Part shown: positions 39,005-47,465 of the stretch, piece by piece | How the letters are laid out: each line of letters opens with the position of its first letter | How positions within the stretch are numbered: the first letter of the stretch is position 1 | Origin: an uncultured euryarchaeote | Lineage (GTDB): Archaea; Thermoplasmatota; Poseidoniia; Poseidoniales; Poseidoniaceae | Assembly (NCBI GenBank): GCA_937899865.1 | Contig: CALBRH010000060.1 | Span: 18,933 to 82,932, forward strand | Length of the DNA: 64,000 nucleotides | Reading direction: 5' to 3' | Made by a program: the position numbers and the translations under genes | The notes under the pieces: generated by a model | Databases searched by the model: none | What the model saw: the letters and a program-made list of their open reading frames with translations, nothing else | Told to the model about the DNA's origin: nothing

Positions 39005-39790
39005 TTGATATTATGGAAGGTAATAGGGATAATACTGCAGTATGAATTGTATTTGTTGTTTGCTGGATTAGTTATTATTTCAGCATTATATTCGAGTGTT
39101 GGACATGGTGGTGCATCTGGCTATCTTGCTATATTATCAATTTCCTCTTATGGATTGATGAGTCATATTTGGTTAAAGCAACATGTATGGGTAATGAATC
39201 TAGTCGTTGCTTCAATTGCTTTTTATCATTATAATAAAGCAGGTTATCACATACCAAAACTTACCATTCCTTTCATAATTGCTAGTATACCAATGGCATT
39301 CATCGGAGGTATGTTAGATATTGATGCTGAATTATATGATATATTATTGTCAATTACTTTATTTTGGGCTGCGTATAAAATTGTAAATTACGTAGATGTT
39401 AATCATACTAAACTGAATAATCCAGGAAAATTTGAGCCTTATTTTTGGGGCGGGGGTATTGGATTTTTTAGTGGACTGATAGGAGTCGGGGGGGGAATTT
39501 TTCTATCTCCAATAATCTTACTTAAGCGGTGGGCTACAGTAAAGTCTGCTGCCGCTACTGCGGCTGTATTCATATTTGTGAACTCGCTTTCTGGATTAGT
39601 TGGTATGGGTGTATCGAATCAATTAAATCTAGATTATTCTTTATTGGCAATTTTTGTGATTGCGATAATTATTGGTGGTTATTTAGGTTCATTATATGGA
39701 GCTAAATACGCTGATAATAATAGAGTTAGGAATTTGTTAGCAGTTGTTTTGATTATCGCTGCAGGAAAACGATTTTTAGAACTATTGTGA
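39005..39790 (+). CDS. TauE/SafE-family membrane transporter
   Basis: SSVGHGGASGY and SGLIGVGGGIFLSP repeats; about 8 TM helices. Confidence 0.85.
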   Translation: MILWKVIGIILQYELYLLFAGLVIISALYSSVGHGGASGYLAILSISSYGLMSHIWLKQHVWVMNLVVASIAFYHYNKAGYHIPKLTIPFIIASIPMAFIGGMLDIDAELYDILLSITLFWAAYKIVNYVDVNHTKLNNPGKFEPYFWGGGIGFFSGLIGVGGGIFLSPIILLKRWATVKSAAATAAVFIFVNSLSGLVGMGVSNQLNLDYSLLAIFVIAIIIGGYLGSLYGAKYADNNRVRNLLAVVLIIAAGKRFLELL

Positions 39791-40993
39791 TTGGAATAAT
39801 TTGTGTATTTTTTCTGCCTGCTCTTGTGGTGATAATTTAAGATCAATAATTCTGTTCCTGCCAGCAGTAGCCCATTTTTCGCGCTGGTTTTTATCTCGGC
39901 ATTCATTTAATGCTTCATGCCATTTTGTATAATCGTACCTTGGTAATAACCTACCGCATTCGCCATCGATTATTGAATCTCTAAAACCGCCATCATCAAC
40001 AAAAATTGCTGGCGTGCCGATTGAAAAAGCCTCAATAGGAGTTAATCCGAATGGTTCTTTGTGAGCCATACTAATTATTGCTAAGGAATTTTTCATTAAA
40101 CTTGATAATTCTTGAGATGATAATCTTGGAGCGACCCAAAGTTTGACTTTTTTAGTTGAAGCATGCTCCTGGAGAATTTTGATTTCTACATCACTACCGC
40201 CACCGACATGCACTAGAGAAATATTGGTGCCAGATAACATAGATATGGCCTCCATTGACCCTTTTGCCCAATTTGCTGTTCCAATAGTTACAACATATTC
40301 TAATTCTTTTCCTTCTATATATGGATTAGTTGTTTGGTCTGTGTTATCTGTGTATTCTTCTCTATCAACACATGGGTGGATGAAGTCGCATTTGATGCCA
40401 TAGACTTCCTCTATTCTCTGTGATGTATAAGATGAGTTACCAGATATTATTGAATTGTTATTTTTGGAAAATTGTTTGACTATTCTAATATCATTTTTCC
40501 TACCCTTTGAAAGTAATAAATTGGTAATAAATTTAGGTCTTTGAAATTTCCCATTTAGATTTCTATGTAATGAGTCTTCGTGGAAACCTCGATGTGGTTC
40601 TAATAGATATAAGTGGGATTTTTTTGCTTTTGGAATTATATCTAGCATCCCTAAATATCCATCACCACTAATTATGTGGAAATAATCGAATGTGTCTAAC
40701 CTTTCTATTAGATCATTACAGCTTAACCATGCTTTTTTTGAAGATGTGTGGATTTTGTCAAATATTTGTGAAGATGATGAGTAATTGGGAATCCATTTGT
40801 TTTCTGGTTTGAATAAATGGATGTTGTTGGTTTTACATATTTCTTCCAATTCACCACAGGAGGATAATGTTGCTACTGATACATCATACCACTTCGTTAG
40901 ATGTGGTAATCTACGTAACAAATCTCTCTCAGCACCACCCATCCTGGAAATAATTCCTTTTGCGATGAGTAGGGATGGTTTTTCATCAGCCAC
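39782..40993 (-). CDS. Glycosyltransferase family 4 (GT-B)
   Basis: MGGAER, SGNSSYT, EPFGLTPIEA...GTPAI motifs. Confidence 0.88.
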   Translation of the reverse strand: MADEKPSLLIAKGIISRMGGAERDLLRRLPHLTKWYDVSVATLSSCGELEEICKTNNIHLFKPENKWIPNYSSSSQIFDKIHTSSKKAWLSCNDLIERLDTFDYFHIISGDGYLGMLDIIPKAKKSHLYLLEPHRGFHEDSLHRNLNGKFQRPKFITNLLLSKGRKNDIRIVKQFSKNNNSIISGNSSYTSQRIEEVYGIKCDFIHPCVDREEYTDNTDQTTNPYIEGKELEYVVTIGTANWAKGSMEAISMLSGTNISLVHVGGGSDVEIKILQEHASTKKVKLWVAPRLSSQELSSLMKNSLAIISMAHKEPFGLTPIEAFSIGTPAIFVDDGGFRDSIIDGECGRLLPRYDYTKWHEALNECRDKNQREKWATAGRNRIIDLKLSPQEQAEKIHKLFQSQ

Positions 40994-41043
40994 GAATAGA
41001 GGTGGTAGCGTCCAGTATATTTCAACAACTCAAAAATGTCTGG

Positions 41044-41889
41044 TTAATTGTGAAAAATTATACCGTCATCACCAGTTCCGGATTTGAACATTTCTTGTAA
41101 GGTAATCAAACCAATATCTATAGGATAGGTTTCGTTTTTCGATGGGATTGTTAATGTGGTTAGGTGATTGGGTATGTTGCTAATAAAATCGTCAAAAGTT
41201 ACACCAGCTACATTTGTTATATGGTGGGGTAAAAATTCAACAATTAGCGTTTTTGTTGAATTCAAAATATTGGTCATACCTTTCATTGCAAAATACTCAG
41301 AACCTTCGATATCAATTAACACTAAATCAAAAATTTCATCCGACAAATATTCGTCAAGTGAATATGCTTGAACATCAATCACTTCGGGGTTATCATATGT
41401 GTAAATGTATTTATTATTCTGTGGAACTCTTTTGCTACCACCTGAATTTACTGTATTAAGTTGAAATTTGATTGTTTCTTGTTTATCGCTAGCAGCAATA
41501 TTGTGTGGTGTAATATTACTTATGTCATTCAATTTTATATTGGTTTGCAGCAAACTGTAATTGTTTGGATTGGCTTCTATAGCAACTAATTTTTCACATT
41601 TTTTAGAAATTGGTATTGCTAAGGAACCGATATGTGCACCTAAAATTAACACTGATGATTTTTTGTCAATATATTTTGAAATTGTATTGATCTCATTAAT
41701 CCCATACTCTCCTTTTGTTCTCAGTTTTTCCCCTACCTCTAAATCAGCAGGATCAACTGCAAATACTCCATTATTTGTATTGACTATGATTGAAGAAATA
41801 TCTTTACCAAGATTTTGTTTTAATCTCTTTGATTTCCTATTTTTTAGGAAAAAATTGAGTCGCCAATATAGCGATTTAAGCATTTGCAA
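41044..41889 (-). CDS. FkbM-family SAM-dependent methyltransferase
   Basis: ILGAHIGS, VAIEANP, NIAASD, LVLIDIEGSE. Confidence 0.88.
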   Translation of the reverse strand: MQMLKSLYWRLNFFLKNRKSKRLKQNLGKDISSIIVNTNNGVFAVDPADLEVGEKLRTKGEYGINEINTISKYIDKKSSVLILGAHIGSLAIPISKKCEKLVAIEANPNNYSLLQTNIKLNDISNITPHNIAASDKQETIKFQLNTVNSGGSKRVPQNNKYIYTYDNPEVIDVQAYSLDEYLSDEIFDLVLIDIEGSEYFAMKGMTNILNSTKTLIVEFLPHHITNVAGVTFDDFISNIPNHLTTLTIPSKNETYPIDIGLITLQEMFKSGTGDDGIIFHN

Positions 41890-41892
41890 TCC

Positions 41893-42198
41893 TCAATCAA
41901 ATTTCATTATATGGCCACATTCTGGATAGGAGCAGCTAACTGTATATCTTTGCTTCTTTGGTTTTGGAATTTTCAATCTGCACCCACACATCTCACATTG
42001 GATAACAAGTGTTTCTGGCTCAGTTGGTTTTGGAGCATCTTCTAAAACACGACCTGAAGAAGTTTTTGACCAACCTAGTGAATCAGTATAATCATCGGTT
42101 TTTCTGATTTTCTTTTGTTTTAGTGAAAGGCGCATTTTTCTTTTCTTTTTACGTGGCCTTGGGGCTTTTCCGCCTCGGTTTGGTCTTCTTGCAGCCAT
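41893..42198 (-). CDS. Small basic protein with C-terminal zinc ribbon
   Basis: Lys/Arg-rich N-terminus; CEMC...CSYPEC. Confidence 0.7.
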   Translation of the reverse strand: MAARRPNRGGKAPRPRKKKRKMRLSLKQKKIRKTDDYTDSLGWSKTSSGRVLEDAPKPTEPETLVIQCEMCGCRLKIPKPKKQRYTVSCSYPECGHIMKFD

Positions 42199-42300
42199 GC
42201 CAATCGATACTCGGTAAGGGTATAACTATTCAATCGCTTCGCAATAAGGATTGTAGGAGTTTTTACATTAATTGATAAACTGAATAGGTAATGAGTATAC

Positions 42301-42792
42301 ATGAAAAGAGGTATTTTACTGTTGGTTTTGTTTTCAATTTTCCTTTCTGGAGATATTGAGTTTAATGAAAATAATAGTGAAGTGCATACTATAACTGTTG
42401 ATGGTACTAATTTGAGATTTTACCCCGACTCATTAACAATAAATGAGGGAGATAGTGTTAGATTTCTTTGGGGTGGAGAGCTTTTACCCCATAATTCGGT
42501 AGAAGAAAATGGTGTTTTTGATAGTGGTGAGCCTGAAAGAGAGGTGGATTATTTGTATAATTTTGATTTTGATCAAGCGGGAACTTATGATTTCTTTTGT
42601 GAACCACACCAATCTGTGGGAATGGATGGAACGATTACTGTTTTAGATGTAGAACAAATTATTGAGGTTTCAAATGAAAATGAGGAAGATAGTAGTGGTG
42701 GTTTTATTATAATTGTTGGATTTGTTTTAGGATTAGGGTTATTATTATTGATTTATTTTAGGACAAGAATTGGTGATTTAGATATTTTGTAA
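42301..42792 (+). CDS. Blue (type-1) copper protein, plastocyanin/halocyanin family, membrane anchored
   Basis: LPHN and CEPHQSVGM copper ligands; signal peptide and C-terminal TM. Confidence 0.9.
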   Translation: MKRGILLLVLFSIFLSGDIEFNENNSEVHTITVDGTNLRFYPDSLTINEGDSVRFLWGGELLPHNSVEENGVFDSGEPEREVDYLYNFDFDQAGTYDFFCEPHQSVGMDGTITVLDVEQIIEVSNENEEDSSGGFIIIVGFVLGLGLLLLIYFRTRIGDLDIL

Positions 42793-42839
42793 TAATGTAA
42801 TTATTTGAATTAGTTCGGGATATATTTTATCAATTATAG

Positions 42840-42856
42840 ATGATAATAATTATCAT
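42840..42856. promoter_or_regulatory. Perfect 8-1-8 palindrome matching the 7-1-7 Fur-box consensus
   Basis: ATGATAAT-A-ATTATCAT; consensus TGATAATnATTATCA. Confidence 0.35.
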
Positions 42857-42871
42857 TAAGGGGGCTTAAAT

Positions 42872-43366
42872 TTGGTAAGAGTGTTAGAGATTCCACCCCC
42901 TGTTTCAAAAGAAAATGCTGATGAATATTTTGAAGTCTTAGAAAAAAGGGAATCTGAGAAAGAAGCTGAAAAATGGATTGAAAAACATTCTAATGAAGAT
43001 AGACATTATACTATTGGTAATGATTCTTCAGATAATATAATTCAGGAAATTAAGCCTCCGCCAAATTTATTTGGTATTTTTATTGTTGATCTTCTACTTT
43101 GGGGACCAATATGGATAATATTAGGATTAAATTTTATTTTGGCGATAATAGTTTGCGCAGTATTTAGTGTAGGTGTTTATGTTGTGTCAGTTAATGGTTA
43201 TAATAAAAAAATAAAAAATGCTGAATTGGGAATCTATTCAAAGAATGAGAAAAGTTGGGTAAAAGATGTTGTGGTGTTTTCATTAAGTTTCATAATAATA
43301 TTATTTTTATTCTTCATATGGTTTGTGATATGGTTTATTAAAAACTTTAAGATGTCAGGTTTGTAA
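42872..43366 (+). CDS. Hypothetical membrane protein
   Basis: Charged N-terminus then three hydrophobic segments; TTG start uncertain. Confidence 0.6.
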   Translation: MVRVLEIPPPVSKENADEYFEVLEKRESEKEAEKWIEKHSNEDRHYTIGNDSSDNIIQEIKPPPNLFGIFIVDLLLWGPIWIILGLNFILAIIVCAVFSVGVYVVSVNGYNKKIKNAELGIYSKNEKSWVKDVVVFSLSFIIILFLFFIWFVIWFIKNFKMSGL

Positions 43367-43380
43367 ATATTAGATGATGA

Positions 43381-44694
43381 TTATTCAATAATATATGATT
43401 TACCGTTCTCTGGTGAATGGGTTTTTATCCCATTTTTTCCCAATTCATCTACTAAGTGAGGCCTTGCAGTGTCGGGATCTGTGTGATAAATTACTACGTC
43501 TTCTGGATCGCATGAATAAATAAAATTTGTAATCTCTTTGTGTCCAGCGTGGGTTGAAAATGAGAAACTCTCCCAATTTAATGGAATATCTACTTGTTTA
43601 CCAAATATATCTATTTTAGATTCTGTTTGTAATTTCCTGCCACCTGTATCCTTTGCTTGATAACCGGTAAAAAATATCTCATTTTCAATATCGTGTCTAA
43701 GTCTATTTAGATACCAAATCGCTGGACCACCTTGTAACATTCCAGAAGTTGAAATAATTACATCTGCATCCAGTGCTTTCTTTCTATCTGATTTACTAGA
43801 TACTCTTCTTGACCAGTTCCATGCATCATTCAATAATTTTGGATCTCTAATAAATTGATTATTTTCAAGATATAATTTTGTTATTCTTTTACCCATACCA
43901 TCTACATGAACATCTAGTTCTGGACATTTTTGATAAAGACGTATTAACATGTCTTGGGTTCTACCGTTGGCAAAGGCTGGAATTAATACAGTACCTTGTT
44001 TATCAGTAACCCTGATTACATTTTCAATAAATCTATCTAATTCTTCTTCTTGATTAGCATGATCCTTTCCACCATAAGTTCCTTCAATAAATAATAAATC
44101 TACATCTGAAGGTTTAGCTCCATTTGTTAATGGTGAATTTCTTGTATCAAAATCTCCTGTGAATAATATATTTTTGTTATCGGTTTCCAATCTTAACATT
44201 CCAGCACCAGGTATATGGCCTGCATTATGAAGTGATAATTGCCAATTTTCTTGTTTCCATGGTTGTTCAAATTCATGAGTTATCCAAGAATCCATTGCTA
44301 AATCAATATCTCTTTTATCCCATGGTAAAGGATATTTCTCAATACTACTAATTTTGTAACAATCATTCCACATCATATGAGATATCTCTGCAGTTAATTT
44401 AGTTCCATGTAAATTAGTATTGTAATTTGCTGGAAGCCATGGTGCCATTCCTAAGTGATCAACGTGTGAATGAGTAATTATTGCATTTTTTACTGGTGGT
44501 GATTCTTTAGGATATTTTGGTGGTGATGTTGGAGCTATTCCATAATCTAAAAGTAATCTGTTAGTAGTATGATCTTCCAATATAATACCAACATTACCTA
44601 CTTCATTACCACCACCAAGGTAATGATATCGATATCCTGATTTAATTGGGTCTTGTGGATAATCGGTTGTTCGGCCTGGATTGTAAAATACCAT
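43381..44694 (-). CDS. Metallo-beta-lactamase/beta-CASP ribonuclease (aCPSF-like)
   Basis: GGGNEVG, THSHVDH, AGHIPG, FTGD, EGTYG, FANGRTQ, STSGMLQGG, FTGYQ, FSTHA. Confidence 0.92.
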   Translation of the reverse strand: MVFYNPGRTTDYPQDPIKSGYRYHYLGGGNEVGNVGIILEDHTTNRLLLDYGIAPTSPPKYPKESPPVKNAIITHSHVDHLGMAPWLPANYNTNLHGTKLTAEISHMMWNDCYKISSIEKYPLPWDKRDIDLAMDSWITHEFEQPWKQENWQLSLHNAGHIPGAGMLRLETDNKNILFTGDFDTRNSPLTNGAKPSDVDLLFIEGTYGGKDHANQEEELDRFIENVIRVTDKQGTVLIPAFANGRTQDMLIRLYQKCPELDVHVDGMGKRITKLYLENNQFIRDPKLLNDAWNWSRRVSSKSDRKKALDADVIISTSGMLQGGPAIWYLNRLRHDIENEIFFTGYQAKDTGGRKLQTESKIDIFGKQVDIPLNWESFSFSTHAGHKEITNFIYSCDPEDVVIYHTDPDTARPHLVDELGKNGIKTHSPENGKSYIIE

Positions 44695-44749
44695 TCTGAT
44701 TCATTTCTTCCAGATTGTCATCTAACATTTAGTTGATGGAAATAAAACA

Positions 44750-44776
44750 CCCCCACCCCATTATTTCCATTGGAAG
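44750..44776 (-). promoter_or_regulatory. ORB element 1 (Orc1/Cdc6 recognition box with G-string)
   Basis: Minus strand CTTCCAATGGAAATAATGGGGTGGGGG; matches TTCCAnTGGAAA-Nx-GGGG. Confidence 0.8.
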
Positions 44777-44913
44777 TAAAATTGAGTTGGAGTAAGTAAA
44801 CTTCTGGTGTAAATTTAGAATATATTATAGGCTACTTTCAAGATAAAACAAATGACGTTTTCACATTTTTTGATATAATTCATTTATTTTCACATTTAAT
44901 CAACAATAATAAA

Positions 44914-44933
44914 TTCCATAGGAAATTAGGGGG
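44914..44933 (+). promoter_or_regulatory. ORB element 2 (inverted relative to ORB1)
   Basis: TTCCATAGGAAATTAGGGGG; one mismatch in the core, G5 string. Confidence 0.72.
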
Positions 44934-44976
44934 TCTAAGGATAACATCTTCTTCATTTTAATTTAATGAGAAAATA

Positions 44977-44989
44977 ATTTCCACTGTAT
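44977..44989 (-). promoter_or_regulatory. Mini-ORB 3 (no G-string)
   Basis: Minus strand ATACAGTGGAAAT. Confidence 0.5.
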
Positions 44990-45068
44990 TTTTTCTTAAC
45001 TTATTTTTTCCAATATATTTCTTTAGGAATCACATAAACTCAAAATGTAATTGATTTTTCCCAAATAT

Positions 45069-45275
45069 ATGGCAAGAGTACCCGACCACATTTTTGTGGT
45101 CGATGAAGACAAATGTTATGGTTGCGGTGCTTGTATTGCATTATGCCCAGTCAACGTATTAGATCTAGAAAATAGAATTGCTATAGTTGATGAGAGCAAT
45201 TGTACTCATTGTGAACTTTGCATACCATCTTGTCCAGTTTTTGCCTTAGATATATTACCGGAGAATAATTTATGA
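45069..45275 (+). CDS. 2[4Fe-4S] ferredoxin
   Basis: CYGCGACIALCP and CTHCELCIPSCP; ATG 45069. Confidence 0.93.
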   Translation: MARVPDHIFVVDEDKCYGCGACIALCPVNVLDLENRIAIVDESNCTHCELCIPSCPVFALDILPENNL

Positions 45276-45994
45276 ATTCAATCGCAATTATCGGTAGTAA
45301 TTTAATCGGTTTACTTTGTGCAGACATTCTTTCTAAAGATAATACTGTAACAATAATTGAATCAGATCTTGAGTTAGGATTTCCAGCTAACTATCCAGGA
45401 ACATCAAAACAAGAAAAATTAATTTCAACAATTCTCAATAATCAAGATACAAAGAATTTATTCATATTAAATGAAAATGGTTTTACTAATTTTAGATCAG
45501 AATGGTTCATTAAATTATTAACTCACAAATTAGCAAAAAACAATGTAAAAATATTGAATCGAACAAGAGTTACAAAAATAACAGATGTAAATGGATTGTT
45601 AGAGATTTATACTAAAGGTAGTGAATTAGATTCTAATAATATAATGTGTAACAAAATTTTAGATTTTTCACACCTATCTTACAATACAATTGGCAATAAA
45701 AACCATTCACATAACTTATCATCAGATAAATTATTCAAACCAAACATTAACACAAAAACATTTTTTGTCGGTATATGTTTAATTGAAGATAGTAAAAATC
45801 TAACAACCCATGAAATATTAATTCCTAGAAATGATGGTCTTGCAGAGGTATGGTATCAAAATGATTTTCAAGAAACCCCATCACAAGGTTGGATAGAATC
45901 TAAAATAGTCAATTCATATTTTGATTCAAAGTTAATGTTTTTAGAAGAATATTATTACAAAGCCAAAGAAATAATTGAAAACATGGTGATATAA
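45272..45994 (+). CDS. Hypothetical protein with degenerate FAD-binding Rossmann N-terminus
   Basis: IAIIGSNLIGL...VTIIE..LELGFP; ATGA and TAATG overlaps with both neighbours. Confidence 0.6.
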   Translation: MNSIAIIGSNLIGLLCADILSKDNTVTIIESDLELGFPANYPGTSKQEKLISTILNNQDTKNLFILNENGFTNFRSEWFIKLLTHKLAKNNVKILNRTRVTKITDVNGLLEIYTKGSELDSNNIMCNKILDFSHLSYNTIGNKNHSHNLSSDKLFKPNINTKTFFVGICLIEDSKNLTTHEILIPRNDGLAEVWYQNDFQETPSQGWIESKIVNSYFDSKLMFLEEYYYKAKEIIENMVI

Positions 45995-46758
45995 TGAATA
46001 CTGAAAAATTATACTTAACTAATATTGAATCTGCATATAATACTAAATTTAATGCTAAAGTAATATCGATTAATGAAAATAAAATAGGCCTTGATAGAAC
46101 TTTATTTTACCCATTAGGTGGCGGTCAAAATTGGGATTTAGGAACATTACAATCTCCTAATGGTCCATTAGAAGTAACTGAAGTCAGAGGTAGAAATCTC
46201 ATTGAACATTATGTATCTGAAGATCACCAATTATCAATTGGCGATGAAGTAATTGGAGAAATAGATTGGGATAGAAGATATTCTCACATGAGAATGCATA
46301 CAGCTCAACATTTAATGTCTGGGATGGTTTACGAATTATTCAATTCTGCTAGAACAGTTGGAAATCAAATACATGCCACACATTCTAGAATTGATTTTAA
46401 CCCAATATCATTTACTGAGGAAATGTTACAACAACTTTCCGATTCTGCCAATCAATTAGTTAAACAATCAATTCCAGTACATGACTCAATTATGACTAGA
46501 GAACAAATTAATTCAATAATGCCTGAAGATAGAACAAATATGGCTTTACTCCCTAAATCAATTAGTAACCTTAGAGTGGTCACTATAGGAGATAATATTG
46601 ATCTGTGTCCTTGTGCAGGAACGCATATTTCCAATTTACTGGAAATAGGTGAAATATCAATCATTGGTAAAAAATCTAAAGGAAAGGGCACTCAAAGAAT
46701 TACTTACGAGCTTGGGAATGAATTTAACAACATTAAACCAAGTTCACAAATCATCTAA
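45994..46758 (+). CDS. Alanyl-tRNA editing protein AlaX
   Basis: DRTLFYPLGGGQ..D.G, MRMHTAQH, DLCPCAGTH zinc ligands. Confidence 0.92.
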   Translation: MNTEKLYLTNIESAYNTKFNAKVISINENKIGLDRTLFYPLGGGQNWDLGTLQSPNGPLEVTEVRGRNLIEHYVSEDHQLSIGDEVIGEIDWDRRYSHMRMHTAQHLMSGMVYELFNSARTVGNQIHATHSRIDFNPISFTEEMLQQLSDSANQLVKQSIPVHDSIMTREQINSIMPEDRTNMALLPKSISNLRVVTIGDNIDLCPCAGTHISNLLEIGEISIIGKKSKGKGTQRITYELGNEFNNIKPSSQII

Positions 46759-47394
46759 AATATCACCAACTTCATCAATAATTTCTTGCCAAATTTCTTT
46801 TTGTTTAATTTTCTTTTCAACATCTTCTTTCTTTTCAATAGATGATCTAAGGCCAATTTCTAAATCTTCACCAATTCTTTCATCCTTATTTATTGGTTTG
46901 ATTTCCTTACTCGGTATCGTTCTTTTACCATCATATTTTTGTTTAGATAATTCATCTTCACTCCAAGTTTCACTCCCAATTAATTTTGCTAACTCATTAC
47001 TTGGTGGCTTATCTTTCCAAGGATTTTTATTTACTAAATCTTGCATAATACGTCGCTCTTCAACTTCTTGCTTAGTGTAAAGATCACTAATATCTTCAGG
47101 ATATACATATCCTTCATCAAATTCAACAGTTGAAATTAATGACTGCTGATAAACCAACTCTTTTCCATGGACTTCATCAACATCAAACATTTCAGGTTTT
47201 GATAACATTGCATACAATTCTTTCATGTGCTGAGCAAGTAAAGAATCATCATTACCAATTAGCATATTTTTTACCGATGTGTGATAATCAATACAAGATT
47301 TACATCTACTCAAACCACTTACATCTTCAGCATCACAACGTAAACAACACCCCTGAAAACCCAAAGATTTCATTGCTTTTCGAGGCTGCGCCAT
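46744..47394 (-). CDS. Hypothetical protein with N-terminal Cys4 zinc finger
   Basis: CCLRC...CKSC; charged helical C-terminus. Confidence 0.65.
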   Translation of the reverse strand: MAQPRKAMKSLGFQGCCLRCDAEDVSGLSRCKSCIDYHTSVKNMLIGNDDSLLAQHMKELYAMLSKPEMFDVDEVHGKELVYQQSLISTVEFDEGYVYPEDISDLYTKQEVEERRIMQDLVNKNPWKDKPPSNELAKLIGSETWSEDELSKQKYDGKRTIPSKEIKPINKDERIGEDLEIGLRSSIEKKEDVEKKIKQKEIWQEIIDEVGDILDDL

Positions 47395-47465
47395 TTTATC
47401 AACAGAGAATACCTAAATCATCATCATATAATAGGATTCAATAAACTAGGGCGCTTGTAACCACC

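Larger units (their letters stand above)
44704..45060. other. Putative chromosomal replication origin (oriC)
   Basis: AT-rich intergenic region between divergent genes, with ORB elements and a coincident switch in strand base composition. Confidence 0.72.

Noticed and set aside
42785-42811. dif-like sequence TTTTGTAATAA-TGTAA-TTATTTGAATT
   Set aside because: Spacer is 5 bp rather than 6 and the arms are poorly matched; likely chance in AT-rich DNA.
39782-43366. Horizontally acquired low-GC island (GT4, FkbM, hypothetical proteins)
   Set aside because: Composition changes gradually, includes native archaeal genes and has no mobility genes or borders; individual transfers are not excluded.
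44704-45060. Reading the skew switch as a replication terminus; also small ORFs in this gap
   Set aside because: G-string ORBs and gene orientation favour an origin and no canonical dif was found; the terminus reading is disfavoured, not excluded. Frames checked near 44700-44730 were closed by stops.
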